Assembly: GCA_046075485.1 (NCBI GenBank)
Contig: JBJTQF010000129.1
Span: 1,824 to 65,823, forward strand
Direction: 5' to 3'
Source: Myxococcota bacterium
GTDB lineage: Bacteria; Myxococcota_A; UBA796; JAJRTE01; JBJTQF01
Length of the DNA stretch: 64,000 nt
This document shows, piece by piece, positions 10,431 through 19,706 of this stretch. Under the pieces are notes generated by a model. The model worked only from the letters and a program-made list of their open reading frames with translations, was not told the origin of the DNA and made no database searches. A program made the translations under genes and the position numbers. Each line of letters begins with the position of its first letter. The stretch's first letter is position 1.

Positions 10431-11633
10431 TTCGATGGCCATTGCTTCGGGGGGGACGCGGATCCACTGGATGGGGTTGACGGGTTTGCCGTTCTCGCGC
10501 ACTTCCAGATACAGGTAGGGGCCTTGAAAGGAGCCGGTATCGCCGACGAGGGCGATTTTTTCGCCGGTTTTGACTTTGTCTCCTGCGTTTTTGAGGAGCT
10601 TGGAGGCGTGTGCATAGATGGAGTGGTATCCGTCGCCGTGGTCGATGATCATGAGCAGGCCGTAACCTTTGAACCACTCGGCGAGTTTGACTTCGCCCTG
10701 GTAGATGGCTTTGATGTCGGCACCGGCGGGAGCGGTGATGTCGAGTCCTCGGTGTGTCTCGCTGACTTTCATGCCTTCGAGTTTGTAGCGGCCAAAGGCG
10801 CGGGTGACTTTTCCGGCTGGGACGGGATAGGGAAGGCGACCAATCTGTGCGGCGAAGCCAGACTTTTCGTCGGCTTTTTGCCGGAGGGGTGATGCGGGTT
10901 CGGTGGAGCTTTTTTCAGCCACGGGTTTGGGGGGAGGAGGTTCCATCTTCCGGGCGAGTGCTGCGGCGGCCAGCTCCAGCTCTTTGAGTCGGCGAGCGTC
11001 GATGCCTTTTTCGGTGCGCAGCTTCTCGAGCAGCTCTTTTTTGCGGAGCCGTTCGCCCTGGGTTTGGACCATTTGTTGTTCGACGTCGGTGGTGAGTGCT
11101 TGGACTTGCAGGCGTTCGGTCTCGAGCTGTTCTTTGATTTCTCCGGCGCGGGCGATGGCACGGCGTTGTTTCTGGACCAGGGCCATGTCTCGCTCGATGA
11201 TGATCTGGAGGTATTTCATGCGCTTGAGGATCTCGGTGCCGGATCCGCCGCCGAGCAGGGCCTGCATAAAACCTTTGTTGCTGTATTTGTAGAGGGCGCG
11301 GAGCCGCTGTTGGAGGAGGACGCGGCGTTCGACGAGGCCATCTTCCAGCTCGGTGCGTTCTTGCTCGAGGCTGGCGATGCGCTCTTCGACTTGTTTCTGG
11401 CGTGTGCGGGCTTGCTCGAGCTTTTGTTCTTGTTCTTGGATGGCGCGGTCGATGGCTTCGAGGGCGTCGAGTACGGAGTCTTCCTGTTTGAGGGTTTCCT
11501 CGAGCTTTTGACGCTGTTGTTTGAGGGCGTCGGGGGCGGCTTGGCCGAGCAGGAGGGGAAGGATGAGGCATAGGAGGAGCAGCCGCGTGATGCGGAGGGG
11601 GGTGAGGGGGCGGTGTGGGCGGAGAGCGGGCAC
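10428..11633 (-). CDS. EnvC-like murein hydrolase activator: N-terminal coiled coil + C-terminal M23 (LytM) peptidase domain
   Basis: Signal/TM at the N-terminus, long heptad coiled coil (QKLEETLKQ... LEQERTELED...). C-terminal M23 motifs HRGLDI, DHGDGYHSIYAH, GDTGSFQGPYLYLEV. Confidence 0.75.
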   Translation of the reverse strand: MPALRPHRPLTPLRITRLLLLCLILPLLLGQAAPDALKQQRQKLEETLKQEDSVLDALEAIDRAIQEQEQKLEQARTRQKQVEERIASLEQERTELEDGLVERRVLLQQRLRALYKYSNKGFMQALLGGGSGTEILKRMKYLQIIIERDMALVQKQRRAIARAGEIKEQLETERLQVQALTTDVEQQMVQTQGERLRKKELLEKLRTEKGIDARRLKELELAAAALARKMEPPPPKPVAEKSSTEPASPLRQKADEKSGFAAQIGRLPYPVPAGKVTRAFGRYKLEGMKVSETHRGLDITAPAGADIKAIYQGEVKLAEWFKGYGLLMIIDHGDGYHSIYAHASKLLKNAGDKVKTGEKIALVGDTGSFQGPYLYLEVRENGKPVNPIQWIRVPPEAMAIE

Positions 11634-11717
11634 GATGACTCCGGGTAAAACGATGGGGGGGAGGTTGGGATCATTTTAACCAGATGCGACGTAACCTTCA
11701 ATCTCTCTACAAAAAAG

Positions 11718-11856
11718 CAAAACACGGGTCAAGGGATGGAATCCCTTGCTGGTGAGTCTGAGAGGACAGCGTCCTCTCAGCTTAAAAGCCGCTTGGAAAG
11801 CGGCTTTTCTTCTTTATTGAAAGGGCTTTGCCCTTTCAAACTATCCCAGCAAGGGC
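11718..11856. repeat. About 140-bp multi-hairpin repeat element, copy A (inverted relative to copies B and C)
   Basis: Four consecutive perfect stem-loops: aagggat-gga-atccctt; gagagga-cagcg-tcctctc; aaagccgctt-gga-aagcggcttt (followed by a T-run); gaaagggc-ttt-gccctttc. About 90% identical to the reverse complement of 20581..20718. Confidence 0.75.
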
Positions 11857-11876
11857 CAACGGGCCCCTGCACCCCT

Positions 11877-12719
11877 TTAGTATTTCTGACACATACTGCA
11901 AAAGTATGTCGCACGCTGCGCCATCACCTCCCGTCTCAACGGCGCAGCACAGCGTGGACACGGTTCTCCCTCCCGCTGATACACCTGAAAATGATTCTCC
12001 GAGCCCGGCTCACTCAGATACAACACCTCATCCGCCGCTTCCGCCTCCACCGCCCAACGCAGCACCCCCACCACCGCCGAAGCCAGCCGCTCATACCCCT
12101 CGACACTCAGCCCTCGTGCGGGCGTGCGCGGGTGAATCCCAGCTCGAAAGAGCGCCTCCACCGCATAGATATTCCCCACACCCGCCACCCTCGCCTGGTC
12201 CATCAGCGCCACCTTGATCGGCTGGCCCGTGTTCTGCATCACCGCCTGAAGCTCCACCCCACTGAGCCCCTCGAGCAGCGGATCAATTCCCGAGACCTCC
12301 TCCCGCAAGCGCACGGGCCCCTCCTCTCGCGGCCAAACCCAAAGCCCTCCAAAGTTGCGCATGTCCACAAAACACAGCGGCTTTCCCTCATCCAAGAGGA
12401 CTCGCACGCGCGTAAAACGAGGAAGACCCTCCAGCTCCTGCACCCACTTTCCCGTCATTCCAAAGCGCATCAGCCAGCCCACCGGCCCCGAAGTCTCCAT
12501 CCAGATCGCCTTGCCCCGCCGCGTCAGGCCCGTGACCCGAGTCCCCTCCACCCGCTCCGCCGCGCCATCCCCAGACACGCCATCCTCAGACGCTCCGTCC
12601 TCAGACGTTCCAGTCCGAAAACAGCCCGCTCGATAGACCTCCACCCGCACAATCAAGCGGCCCAAAAGCCAACGCTCGAGATTTTGACGCACGATCTCTA
12701 CTTCAGGCAGCTCAGGCAT
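11877..12719 (-). CDS. mutM: Formamidopyrimidine-DNA glycosylase (Fpg/MutM)
   Basis: N-terminal MPELPEVE catalytic motif, H2TH region, C-terminal zinc finger CPRC...CSMC. Carries a small low-complexity insertion (SEDGASEDGVSGDGA) encoded by a short DNA repeat. Confidence 0.85.
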   Translation of the reverse strand: MPELPEVEIVRQNLERWLLGRLIVRVEVYRAGCFRTGTSEDGASEDGVSGDGAAERVEGTRVTGLTRRGKAIWMETSGPVGWLMRFGMTGKWVQELEGLPRFTRVRVLLDEGKPLCFVDMRNFGGLWVWPREEGPVRLREEVSGIDPLLEGLSGVELQAVMQNTGQPIKVALMDQARVAGVGNIYAVEALFRAGIHPRTPARGLSVEGYERLASAVVGVLRWAVEAEAADEVLYLSEPGSENHFQVYQREGEPCPRCAAPLRREVMAQRATYFCSMCQKY

Positions 12720-12758
12720 GAATGTGTCCTCACGGATCAGAGAGTCCAGGAAAAACGC

Positions 12759-15395
12759 TCAGTAACCCGCCCCTTCACCCGACGGGATACCCGGTGTTGG
12801 CGGAATCGGAGGATTTCCCTCCAGCGTCACCGGCGTCAGCGGCTCCCGTACATGCTCCTCTCGCGGCGTCGGCAGCGGCGTGCCACGCTCCCCCAACGAA
12901 AAACAGAGCCGAAATCCCAGCGAGACATTGCTAGACGTCTCGGGATAACCTAAATTTCGCGCTAACCGACAGGTCCGCTCACCAACCGTCCAATTACCGC
13001 CCTTCGTGTTGCGCAAGACACGACTGGTCCCATAAAAATCCGCCGTCCACTCCGAAACACACCCCGCCATGTCCTGCACCCCATACGGCGAGAGGTCTTG
13101 CGGATACCGCCCCACCGGCTCCACCGTGGTACGCCCCGGCTTCGAGTCCCGGTTTTTACAATAAGTGGCCTCAAACGCATCTCCCCACGGAAAAAGACGC
13201 CCGTCCGTACCACGGCCTGCCTTCTCCCACTCCGCCGTCGTCGGGAGTCGATAGGGCTTCCCATCCTGCTTGCTCCGCCACGCCGCATACGCCATCGCGT
13301 CTTCCCAGCGCACGTAGATCATCGGAAAATCAGGCTCCCACCGATCCCCTTCCTCATCCGGCGCGTTCGGGAGGCAAAATCGACCCTCCGCCGTACAGGG
13401 CCAGACCGGTTTGTTGTTCTGTGGCGCGCGGGGCGCTCGTTTTTCAGCCTCCTCCGGTTGAGTCGCTTGCAGATCGTTCAGAAACGCCAGGTACTCCCCC
13501 GCCGTCACCGGCAGACGCCCAATCGCGAAGTCGTCCAACATCCCCGTCATCAAGTCTAAGCTGAACGCCTCCGGGTCGCCCCCCATGCGGAAGAGCCCCC
13601 GAGGAATATAGACAAAATCCGGTCCCAGCTCGTCCTCTCGATAGAGCTGCACCCGCGCCTCAATCTTCTCCGTGCGGCTGATGTAAACCGGAAAGCGCAC
13701 CTCCCGATACCCCTCCAAGCTCAACACCGCCAAGTACGAGCCCACCGGGAGCGAGACCCGCACCGGACCTCGCCCCAGCCGCCGAGGAGTGGCAGGCTTG
13801 AGCGCCCGATCCTCTTCTCGAAAGGTGTACAAGACAATCGAGGCCCCCGGCGGTTCACTCTCGATGCGCAGCTCACCGTCTCCTTTGAGCACCGCACTGT
13901 AGCGGCCTCGCACGTCGAAGGCTTGAACACGCGCCTCAAAGTAGCTCAGCTCTGAGCGGTTTCCACGCGCCTCCGCCTGCAAAAAGCGCTGGAGATAGAG
14001 CTCCGCCAGCTCCTCACGGGCGTCTAAGAAGTTGGTATCATGGCCGATGGCCTGGAGAAAGGTCTTCTCCGCCTCGTTAAACTCCCGCATGGCCGCTTCT
14101 TCCATGCGATCCGCTTGGTTCTGAAGCGCCCACACCGGACGCTTCCGCTCCAGACTGTCCCAGGAGTGGCTCTCGCGCCGCGCATCACTGGCGAGCTGCT
14201 GAAGTCGCCGCGCCTCCTCGTGCAGCGCCTTATATTGACGCGATAAGTTGCGGGCATCTCGAAGGGTGGCCTCCGCCGCACGTCGTCGCCACTCCTGCTC
14301 TCGAGTACCTTCTAAAAAGGCGGTGATATCACTGTGTAAGGCCAACGCGGAGCTGTATCGCTCATCCGGCTCTTTTGCCAGACACTTGAGACAGATCTCC
14401 TCCAGCACAGGCGGGATCCGACGCTCTGGCGCTCGAAGGGAGGGTGGCTCCAGGGCTCCCGAACGAATCCGGTTGTAGAAGTGTTCGTCGGGCTCTCCTG
14501 GCGTGCGCTCAAAGGGCGGGGTCCAGGTGAGGATCTCGTACAAGATCGCCCCCAGGGAGTAGAGGTCGCTGCGCTCGTCCAGACGTGCGATCTCCCCTTC
14601 GAGCTGCTCCGGTGAGATATACGAAGGAGCGCCCACAAATCCCGCCGAGCTCGAGATCGGCAGGGCCGGCCCATGCGAGTCCAGGCTCAGCGCCAAGCCC
14701 CAGTCGAGCAGGAGCACCTCACCGTAGGTTCCAATCATGATGTTGTTGGGCTTCAAATCCCGGTGGATGATGTGGTGACTGTGCGCGTATCCCACCGCGT
14801 TGACCACCTGTAGAAAGATCGTCAGCAGACGCACTCGTCCCCACGCCTCCAGCCGATCCGGCTCACCCCGCTTGAGCGAGCGTAACACCTCCGAGAGACG
14901 TTCGCCCTCCACCCGGCGCATGACGTACCCACACTGACCATCACGGCTCGAGACCAAGTCGTAGATGGGCACGATGTTGGGATGCTCCAGGCGAGCGGTG
15001 AGTCGAGACTCATCCTTGAGCAAGGCGTTGATGCCGGATTCTTCTGCCATTTCCGGCAGCGGAAGTTTGAGGGCCACATTACGCATGAGCAGGCGGTCGT
15101 AGGCCAGCAGAACCAGTCCCATGCCACCGCGCCCCAGCTCCTCCCGCCCAAACTGGTAACGGGAGTGCGGATTGCCTTCCTCCACATGCGGCGCGATGCT
15201 CCGCTCCTGCTCGGTGAGCGCCACCGGTGCCAAACCCTCTCGCGAGAAGGGCAGCCGACTGGATGTTAAGGAGACCGTCGAGATGCGCTTTTCACCTTCA
15301 CTACTTTCGTGGGAGCTGTCGAGGCTCTCGGGTCCGGTGGTCAAAAACTTGTTGAAGCGCCCCCAGAGGGAGTCTTTTGAGGCGTCATCCGCCAT
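12759..15395 (-). CDS. Ser/Thr protein kinase fused to a C-terminal FGE-sulfatase (formylglycine-generating-enzyme-like) domain
   Basis: Kinase motifs GRGGMGLV (Gly-loop), VALK, HRDLKPNNIM, DWGLA. The C-terminus matches the FGE-sulfatase fold (YRLPTTAEWEKAGRG, GNVSEW-like GCVSEWTAD, LGFRLCF). Its start overlaps the stop of the upstream sigma-54 activator by 11 nt. Confidence 0.8.
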   Translation of the reverse strand: MADDASKDSLWGRFNKFLTTGPESLDSSHESSEGEKRISTVSLTSSRLPFSREGLAPVALTEQERSIAPHVEEGNPHSRYQFGREELGRGGMGLVLLAYDRLLMRNVALKLPLPEMAEESGINALLKDESRLTARLEHPNIVPIYDLVSSRDGQCGYVMRRVEGERLSEVLRSLKRGEPDRLEAWGRVRLLTIFLQVVNAVGYAHSHHIIHRDLKPNNIMIGTYGEVLLLDWGLALSLDSHGPALPISSSAGFVGAPSYISPEQLEGEIARLDERSDLYSLGAILYEILTWTPPFERTPGEPDEHFYNRIRSGALEPPSLRAPERRIPPVLEEICLKCLAKEPDERYSSALALHSDITAFLEGTREQEWRRRAAEATLRDARNLSRQYKALHEEARRLQQLASDARRESHSWDSLERKRPVWALQNQADRMEEAAMREFNEAEKTFLQAIGHDTNFLDAREELAELYLQRFLQAEARGNRSELSYFEARVQAFDVRGRYSAVLKGDGELRIESEPPGASIVLYTFREEDRALKPATPRRLGRGPVRVSLPVGSYLAVLSLEGYREVRFPVYISRTEKIEARVQLYREDELGPDFVYIPRGLFRMGGDPEAFSLDLMTGMLDDFAIGRLPVTAGEYLAFLNDLQATQPEEAEKRAPRAPQNNKPVWPCTAEGRFCLPNAPDEEGDRWEPDFPMIYVRWEDAMAYAAWRSKQDGKPYRLPTTAEWEKAGRGTDGRLFPWGDAFEATYCKNRDSKPGRTTVEPVGRYPQDLSPYGVQDMAGCVSEWTADFYGTSRVLRNTKGGNWTVGERTCRLARNLGYPETSSNVSLGFRLCFSLGERGTPLPTPREEHVREPLTPVTLEGNPPIPPTPGIPSGEGAGY

Positions 15396-17220
15396 GCTCC
15401 CTCCTCGGCTTACGACCCCGATGGGCCGGACGATGTTCGTTCAGGTCCAGCTCATGCAGGAGGCGGCTGAGATGCTGACGGGAGATGTCGAGCATGTCCG
15501 CTGCTTCTTGTAGGTTTCGGTCGGTACGCTGGAGGGCTTCGGCCAAGAGCTGACGCTGAAAGTTGTTGGTGGCCTCTTTCCAGGTAGGAAACTCGCGTCC
15601 TTCGGCAGTCGGCAGGGGCGTCGAGCGTCGCTCCATCGAGGCCAGCAGGGATGCGGAGATGGTGCCATCGGGGGCATGCATGGAAGCTCGAGCCAGCAGC
15701 CCTTGAAGCTCCTTCACATTTCCGGCGAGTGGATGGGCCTGGAGCCAGGTGCTGGCCTCTGGGGAGAGGGTAAAGCTCCGGTCCACATTCACCCCCAGGT
15801 TGAGCAGGGTATGCTCGGCGAGCAGGGGGATATCGTCCTTTCGGTCGCGCAGGGGCGGAATTCCGATGCGGAACACGTCCAGCCGTACAAAGAGCTCTTC
15901 CCGAAAGGAACCCGAGGCAATACAGTCCCGCAGATCGGCGGTGGTGGTCGCAATCATACGCACATCGAGGGGCCTGCCGGAGCTCTCGCCCACCCGAGCT
16001 GCGGTGCCATCTCGCAGCAGGCTCACCAAGCGGAGCTGCGCTTCGAGGCTGAGCTTCTCGACATCCTTGAGCATGAGGGTGCCACCATTGGCTTCTTCGA
16101 CTTTGCCGATGCGGTTGCGGTCGGCTCCGGGCACAGCGCCGCGTGAGCACCCAAACAGGAGGGCTTCTTCGAGCAGCTCACCGGGCTGTCCACTCTGAAA
16201 CAACACAAATGGACCACGCGCGCGCCGACTGTTGAAGTGCAAGGCTCGAGCCACCACACTCTTGCCGGTGCCGGTCTCGCCGCTGATCAGCACGGGGGTG
16301 GAGGCGTTGAGATCCAATGACAAGGTGATCAGACGCAATACTTCGGCGAGGGCTTCGGAGCGTCCAACCACTTCTCTGAAGCCATATCGCTCCCGGTGCT
16401 GCGTGGTATGATCCACCGACTCACTGGCGAGGCTCACCAACATCTGCCGGGAGACCCACCGAGAGACGTGGTTCATCACCAGCTCGATGAGCAGCCGATC
16501 TTGCTCAGGGAAGGCGTTGGCACGCTTGCGGTGCTCGAGGTACAACACGCCCAGTCCTTTTCCTTCTCGGTTGAGCAGGGGGGCGCAGAGCACGGTCTTG
16601 AGGCGAAGCAAGCGGACGCTGGCGTGGTCGGCAAAACGTGCGTCACGGATGGCTTCTTCCGTATAAACGGCGGAGCGGGTGGAGAGGGCTCGGCGCACGA
16701 TCCCTTGAGAGAGCTCGAGCTGCTCCCAGACCACGGCGATGTCTTCTTCTTCGCAGCCTTTGGTGACCACTTCGACGGGCTGTCCGCGTACTTCGCCGGG
16801 GCGCGAAAACAGGATGAAGATGCCTTTTTCGGCGTCGGTGAGGCTCACCAATGCGCCCAACACTTGAGATAAATAATTCTTGACCGATGGGACTTCGTCG
16901 CTCTTGAGCAGGGCGCGGAAGAGATCACGCTCGCGGCGGGCGTACTCGCGCTCGTGTACGACGGCTTGATGTTGTCCTTTGAGCTGGACGACCTCGGCCT
17001 CGAGCTTTCGCCTGGACTCCAGCACCTCATTTCGTTCGGCGCGGTAGCCTTGAGCCAGGGTGAAGGCGCTGTTGAGGACGTTCTCGAGCCGTTCATTCTG
17101 TTCAGCACTGAGCTGGGGATTCATGCTCTCAAGGAGCTGCACAACCTCGGGCGGAAAAGCGCGCTGCATAGACCTCATCTCGTTGGCTAAAGGGCTCGGG
17201 TGGACAAGCGTCTGGTGCAA
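15385..17220 (-). CDS. Sigma-54-dependent transcriptional activator (GAF-like sensor + AAA+ sigma-54 interaction domain + C-terminal HTH)
   Basis: Walker A GETGTGKSV, the GAFTGA-equivalent region, ESELFG-like LLEEALLFG, and C-terminal Fis-type HTH (NLQEAADMLDISRQHLSRLL). The start could instead be the internal Met at 17178. Confidence 0.8.
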   Translation of the reverse strand: MHQTLVHPSPLANEMRSMQRAFPPEVVQLLESMNPQLSAEQNERLENVLNSAFTLAQGYRAERNEVLESRRKLEAEVVQLKGQHQAVVHEREYARRERDLFRALLKSDEVPSVKNYLSQVLGALVSLTDAEKGIFILFSRPGEVRGQPVEVVTKGCEEEDIAVVWEQLELSQGIVRRALSTRSAVYTEEAIRDARFADHASVRLLRLKTVLCAPLLNREGKGLGVLYLEHRKRANAFPEQDRLLIELVMNHVSRWVSRQMLVSLASESVDHTTQHRERYGFREVVGRSEALAEVLRLITLSLDLNASTPVLISGETGTGKSVVARALHFNSRRARGPFVLFQSGQPGELLEEALLFGCSRGAVPGADRNRIGKVEEANGGTLMLKDVEKLSLEAQLRLVSLLRDGTAARVGESSGRPLDVRMIATTTADLRDCIASGSFREELFVRLDVFRIGIPPLRDRKDDIPLLAEHTLLNLGVNVDRSFTLSPEASTWLQAHPLAGNVKELQGLLARASMHAPDGTISASLLASMERRSTPLPTAEGREFPTWKEATNNFQRQLLAEALQRTDRNLQEAADMLDISRQHLSRLLHELDLNEHRPAHRGRKPRREHGG

Positions 17221-17482
17221 GCACCCTCCGATACGCTTAAAGACTGAGCAGGAATATTACATATTCTGGAACGAGAGGAGAAGTCAAAGAAAGTTTTTCA
17301 GGCCGTTATTCGCCGTTATTCAAAGAGGGGCATCAGAATTTGAAACGCTTCGATCCTGTGATTACGGAATCTCTCTATTCCGGCTATGGTATATAGCCAT
17401 TTTTGTCCAGCGTCTGCTGGTGTTGGCATACCTGGAACATCTGCTGGTCTTTACCAGCCCCTGCTCGGAAGGAGAGTTGCGC

Positions 17483-18079
17483 ATGAACGCCCTCAAAAGT
17501 TCGCTCTTTCTTGTGACGTTGGTCTCATTGCCTCTGGCGCGTATCGACTCGTGCGGCAATTATGACGGAGACCTCGACGGTTTTGGTGAGGACGATGACA
17601 ACTGCGTCGAGCAGTATAATCCCAGCCAGCAGGACGAGGACGGAGATGGGGTGGGAGACGCATGTGATGCGGACACGCCTCAGCATGATACCCATCTGGC
17701 GCCGTGTTATGTCGCCAACTTCTCTGACTTGAGGGGCATCGGCTGGACGGACATCAAGATGTATCCTTATGTGGATGGTGCGGGCACCAAGTGGATGATC
17801 TTCTGGTGGCCGCCTTCTGATTGGCCCGAGTACGGCATCCAGTACGATAATGGCCAGGATGTATGGTCGATGATCTCCAACGAAGCCAGTGTGGACTGGA
17901 CCAGCACCTGGTTTGAAGCCTTCGGCGTCGAGACCGATGCCACGGGCATGGTGACGGTGCTCGAGGGTCCGGCCATCATGCAGTCGTGTACAAACTGCGA
18001 CACCTCCACCTACTGGGAGAAGTGGTACGAGGGCGTCATGACCGCTGAGGCCACCGACATATCCTTCTGCACCGAATAA
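17483..18079 (+). CDS. Secreted protein with a thrombospondin type-3-like calcium-binding Asp-rich repeat
   Basis: ATG 17483 with a GGAGAG RBS. Signal peptide MNALKSSLFLVTLVSLPLA. DGDLDGFGEDDDNC...DEDGDGVGDACD matches DxDxDG TSP3-like motifs. Divergently transcribed from the sigma-54 activator across an AT-richer intergenic region. Confidence 0.5.
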   Translation: MNALKSSLFLVTLVSLPLARIDSCGNYDGDLDGFGEDDDNCVEQYNPSQQDEDGDGVGDACDADTPQHDTHLAPCYVANFSDLRGIGWTDIKMYPYVDGAGTKWMIFWWPPSDWPEYGIQYDNGQDVWSMISNEASVDWTSTWFEAFGVETDATGMVTVLEGPAIMQSCTNCDTSTYWEKWYEGVMTAEATDISFCTE

Positions 18080-18101
18080 CGCGCCCCTTCTCTCTGCTCT
18101 T

Positions 18102-18186
18102 GAGCCTGCCCTTGTTTTGAGCCTGCCCTTGTTTTTGAGCCAATCCCTGTTTTTGTGCCAATCCCTGTTTTTGTGCCTCTCCCCTC
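18102..18186. repeat. Tandem direct repeats (about 4.5 x 18 bp, g(a/t)gcc(tg/aa)(c/t)ccctgttttt) between the TSP3-like gene and the PaaK-like gene
   Basis: Seen in the sequence. The antisense ORF 18010..18198 (GIGTKTGIGTKTGIGSK) is an artefact of this repeat. Confidence 0.75.
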
Positions 18187-18256
18187 GGTTGGAATCACGT
18201 TATGATGTGCGGTACTGGATTTTTATGTCTCTTGCTCTCCTGCTGGAGTAGATCCC

Positions 18257-19702
18257 ATGCCGTCTTCCGCTCACGCCCTTGATTTGCCTGCCGATTCGCC
18301 CACACGCTGGCGCACGCCACTGTCGGAGCCCTCATGGGAGCAGACCCTAAAGCGGCTGAGAGAACATCCGGGAGCACCTCGCTTTAACCATGAGGCGGGA
18401 GATCGACTGCTCGCCTCGGATGTGACGGCGTTGAGGGCCTTTCGTGAGGAGCTCAGGCAATCGACTCGGCGATGTTTTGAGCGGCGACCACCTCCGGCGT
18501 TGCTGGAGAAGCTGCAACAGGTGCTGCCGCATGTCTCTCACCTCGCGGAGCGGCTGCCCGAAGGGTTCCGGCTGGAGCACTCCTGGGAGGAGCTCCCCAC
18601 GATGTCGCGGGCGGACTTGGCGGAGCATCCCGAGCGGCTGGTGCCAGATAACATCTCCCTGGAGCGGTTGCTGGTGTATCGCACGGCGGGCACGACGGGG
18701 CATGCGCTGCTGGTGCCACATGAGGCGCGGGCGGCGGCAGCGTATCAGCCCTTGATCGAACATGCGCTGTCGCGTTATGGGGTGCAGCTTCCGACGGAGC
18801 CGGACAAGGTCTTATGTTTTCTGTTGGGGGCGCAGGCGCACACGGTGACGTATCCGTGTAATCTGAGCTATTTCGGGGGTGCCGGTTTTGCGAAGCTCAA
18901 CCTGAACGGGGCGGATTGGCCTTCGGAGCAGGCCATGCTGGACTATCTGGCCCACTTTGATCCGCCCCTGTTGACGGGGGATCCGCTGACGTTTGCGGAG
19001 CTGTTGCGGCTCAACCCGATGCTGCATCCCCGCGCACTGCTGAGCACGGCGGTGGCGATGAGTCCGGGGCTCAAGGGGTTGCTGGAGCAGCGTTTTCGAT
19101 GTCCGGTGATCGACTGGTACTCGCTGACGGAGACGGGACCGTTGGGATATGCTTGCCCGCTGGGGCACGGGTATCATCAGCTCTCGGAGGACGTCTTTCT
19201 GGAGGTGTTGCGGGAGGATGGGCTGTGTTTGCCGCCGGGGGAGCGGGGAGAGCTGGTGGTGTCGGGGGGGCGAAATCCCTTCTTGCCGCTGTTTCGCTAT
19301 CGCACGGGAGACTGGGGCTCGCTGGATTTTGAGCCATGTCCGTGTGGGGATCCGCTGCCACGCCTGCGGGGGCTGGAGGGTCGAGCGCCGGTGAAGTTGA
19401 TCTCCACCTCGGGGCGGCTGGTGAATACGGTGGACGTCTCGCGGGTGCTGAGGGCCTTTCCGATCTTGCAGCACGAGCTGGAGCAGGAGCATACCCATCG
19501 CATCCGGCTGAGGGTGAGGCCGTTGGGGGTGGGCACTCCCCTTCGGCTTCCGCTGCTCAAGAAAGCGTTACACGCGCTCTTTGGAGAGGATATGGAGCTC
19601 GAGCTGGAGGTGGATCCGTCGTTGGGGAAGCGGCAAGCAGAGGCAGGCACGGGCGACGGAAAACTCCTTCCATACAAGAGCCGGTTGTTACTGGAGGAAT
19701 AA
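18257..19702 (+). CDS. PaaK/F390-synthetase-like adenylate-forming enzyme (acyl-AMP ligase superfamily)
   Basis: 481 aa. YRTGD motif (FRYRTGDWGSLD) and TAGTTG-like region (YRTAGTTGHALLVPH) are typical of the phenylacetate-CoA ligase / coenzyme F390 synthetase family. The stop is 4 nt upstream of the radical SAM start. Confidence 0.55.
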   Translation: MPSSAHALDLPADSPTRWRTPLSEPSWEQTLKRLREHPGAPRFNHEAGDRLLASDVTALRAFREELRQSTRRCFERRPPPALLEKLQQVLPHVSHLAERLPEGFRLEHSWEELPTMSRADLAEHPERLVPDNISLERLLVYRTAGTTGHALLVPHEARAAAAYQPLIEHALSRYGVQLPTEPDKVLCFLLGAQAHTVTYPCNLSYFGGAGFAKLNLNGADWPSEQAMLDYLAHFDPPLLTGDPLTFAELLRLNPMLHPRALLSTAVAMSPGLKGLLEQRFRCPVIDWYSLTETGPLGYACPLGHGYHQLSEDVFLEVLREDGLCLPPGERGELVVSGGRNPFLPLFRYRTGDWGSLDFEPCPCGDPLPRLRGLEGRAPVKLISTSGRLVNTVDVSRVLRAFPILQHELEQEHTHRIRLRVRPLGVGTPLRLPLLKKALHALFGEDMELELEVDPSLGKRQAEAGTGDGKLLPYKSRLLLEE

Positions 19703-19706
19703 AGGG

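Noticed and set aside
11736-12953. 405-aa Arg/Pro/His-rich plus-strand ORF
   Set aside because: Antisense to mutM and the kinase-FGE gene, with extreme low-complexity composition typical of GC-rich antisense frames.
17372-17482. Sigma-54 promoter upstream of the TSP3-like gene (expected because of the divergent enhancer-binding protein)
   Set aside because: The closest candidate, ttggcatacctggaacat, does not fit the TGGCAC-N5-TTGC spacing. Only a small hairpin (ggctat-ggtat-atagcc) and a 6-3-6 palindrome (gaatat-tac-atattc) were seen.
18010-18198. ORF encoding GIGTKTGIGTKTGIGSK
   Set aside because: A pure translation of the 18-bp tandem DNA repeat on the antisense strand. It is not a gene.
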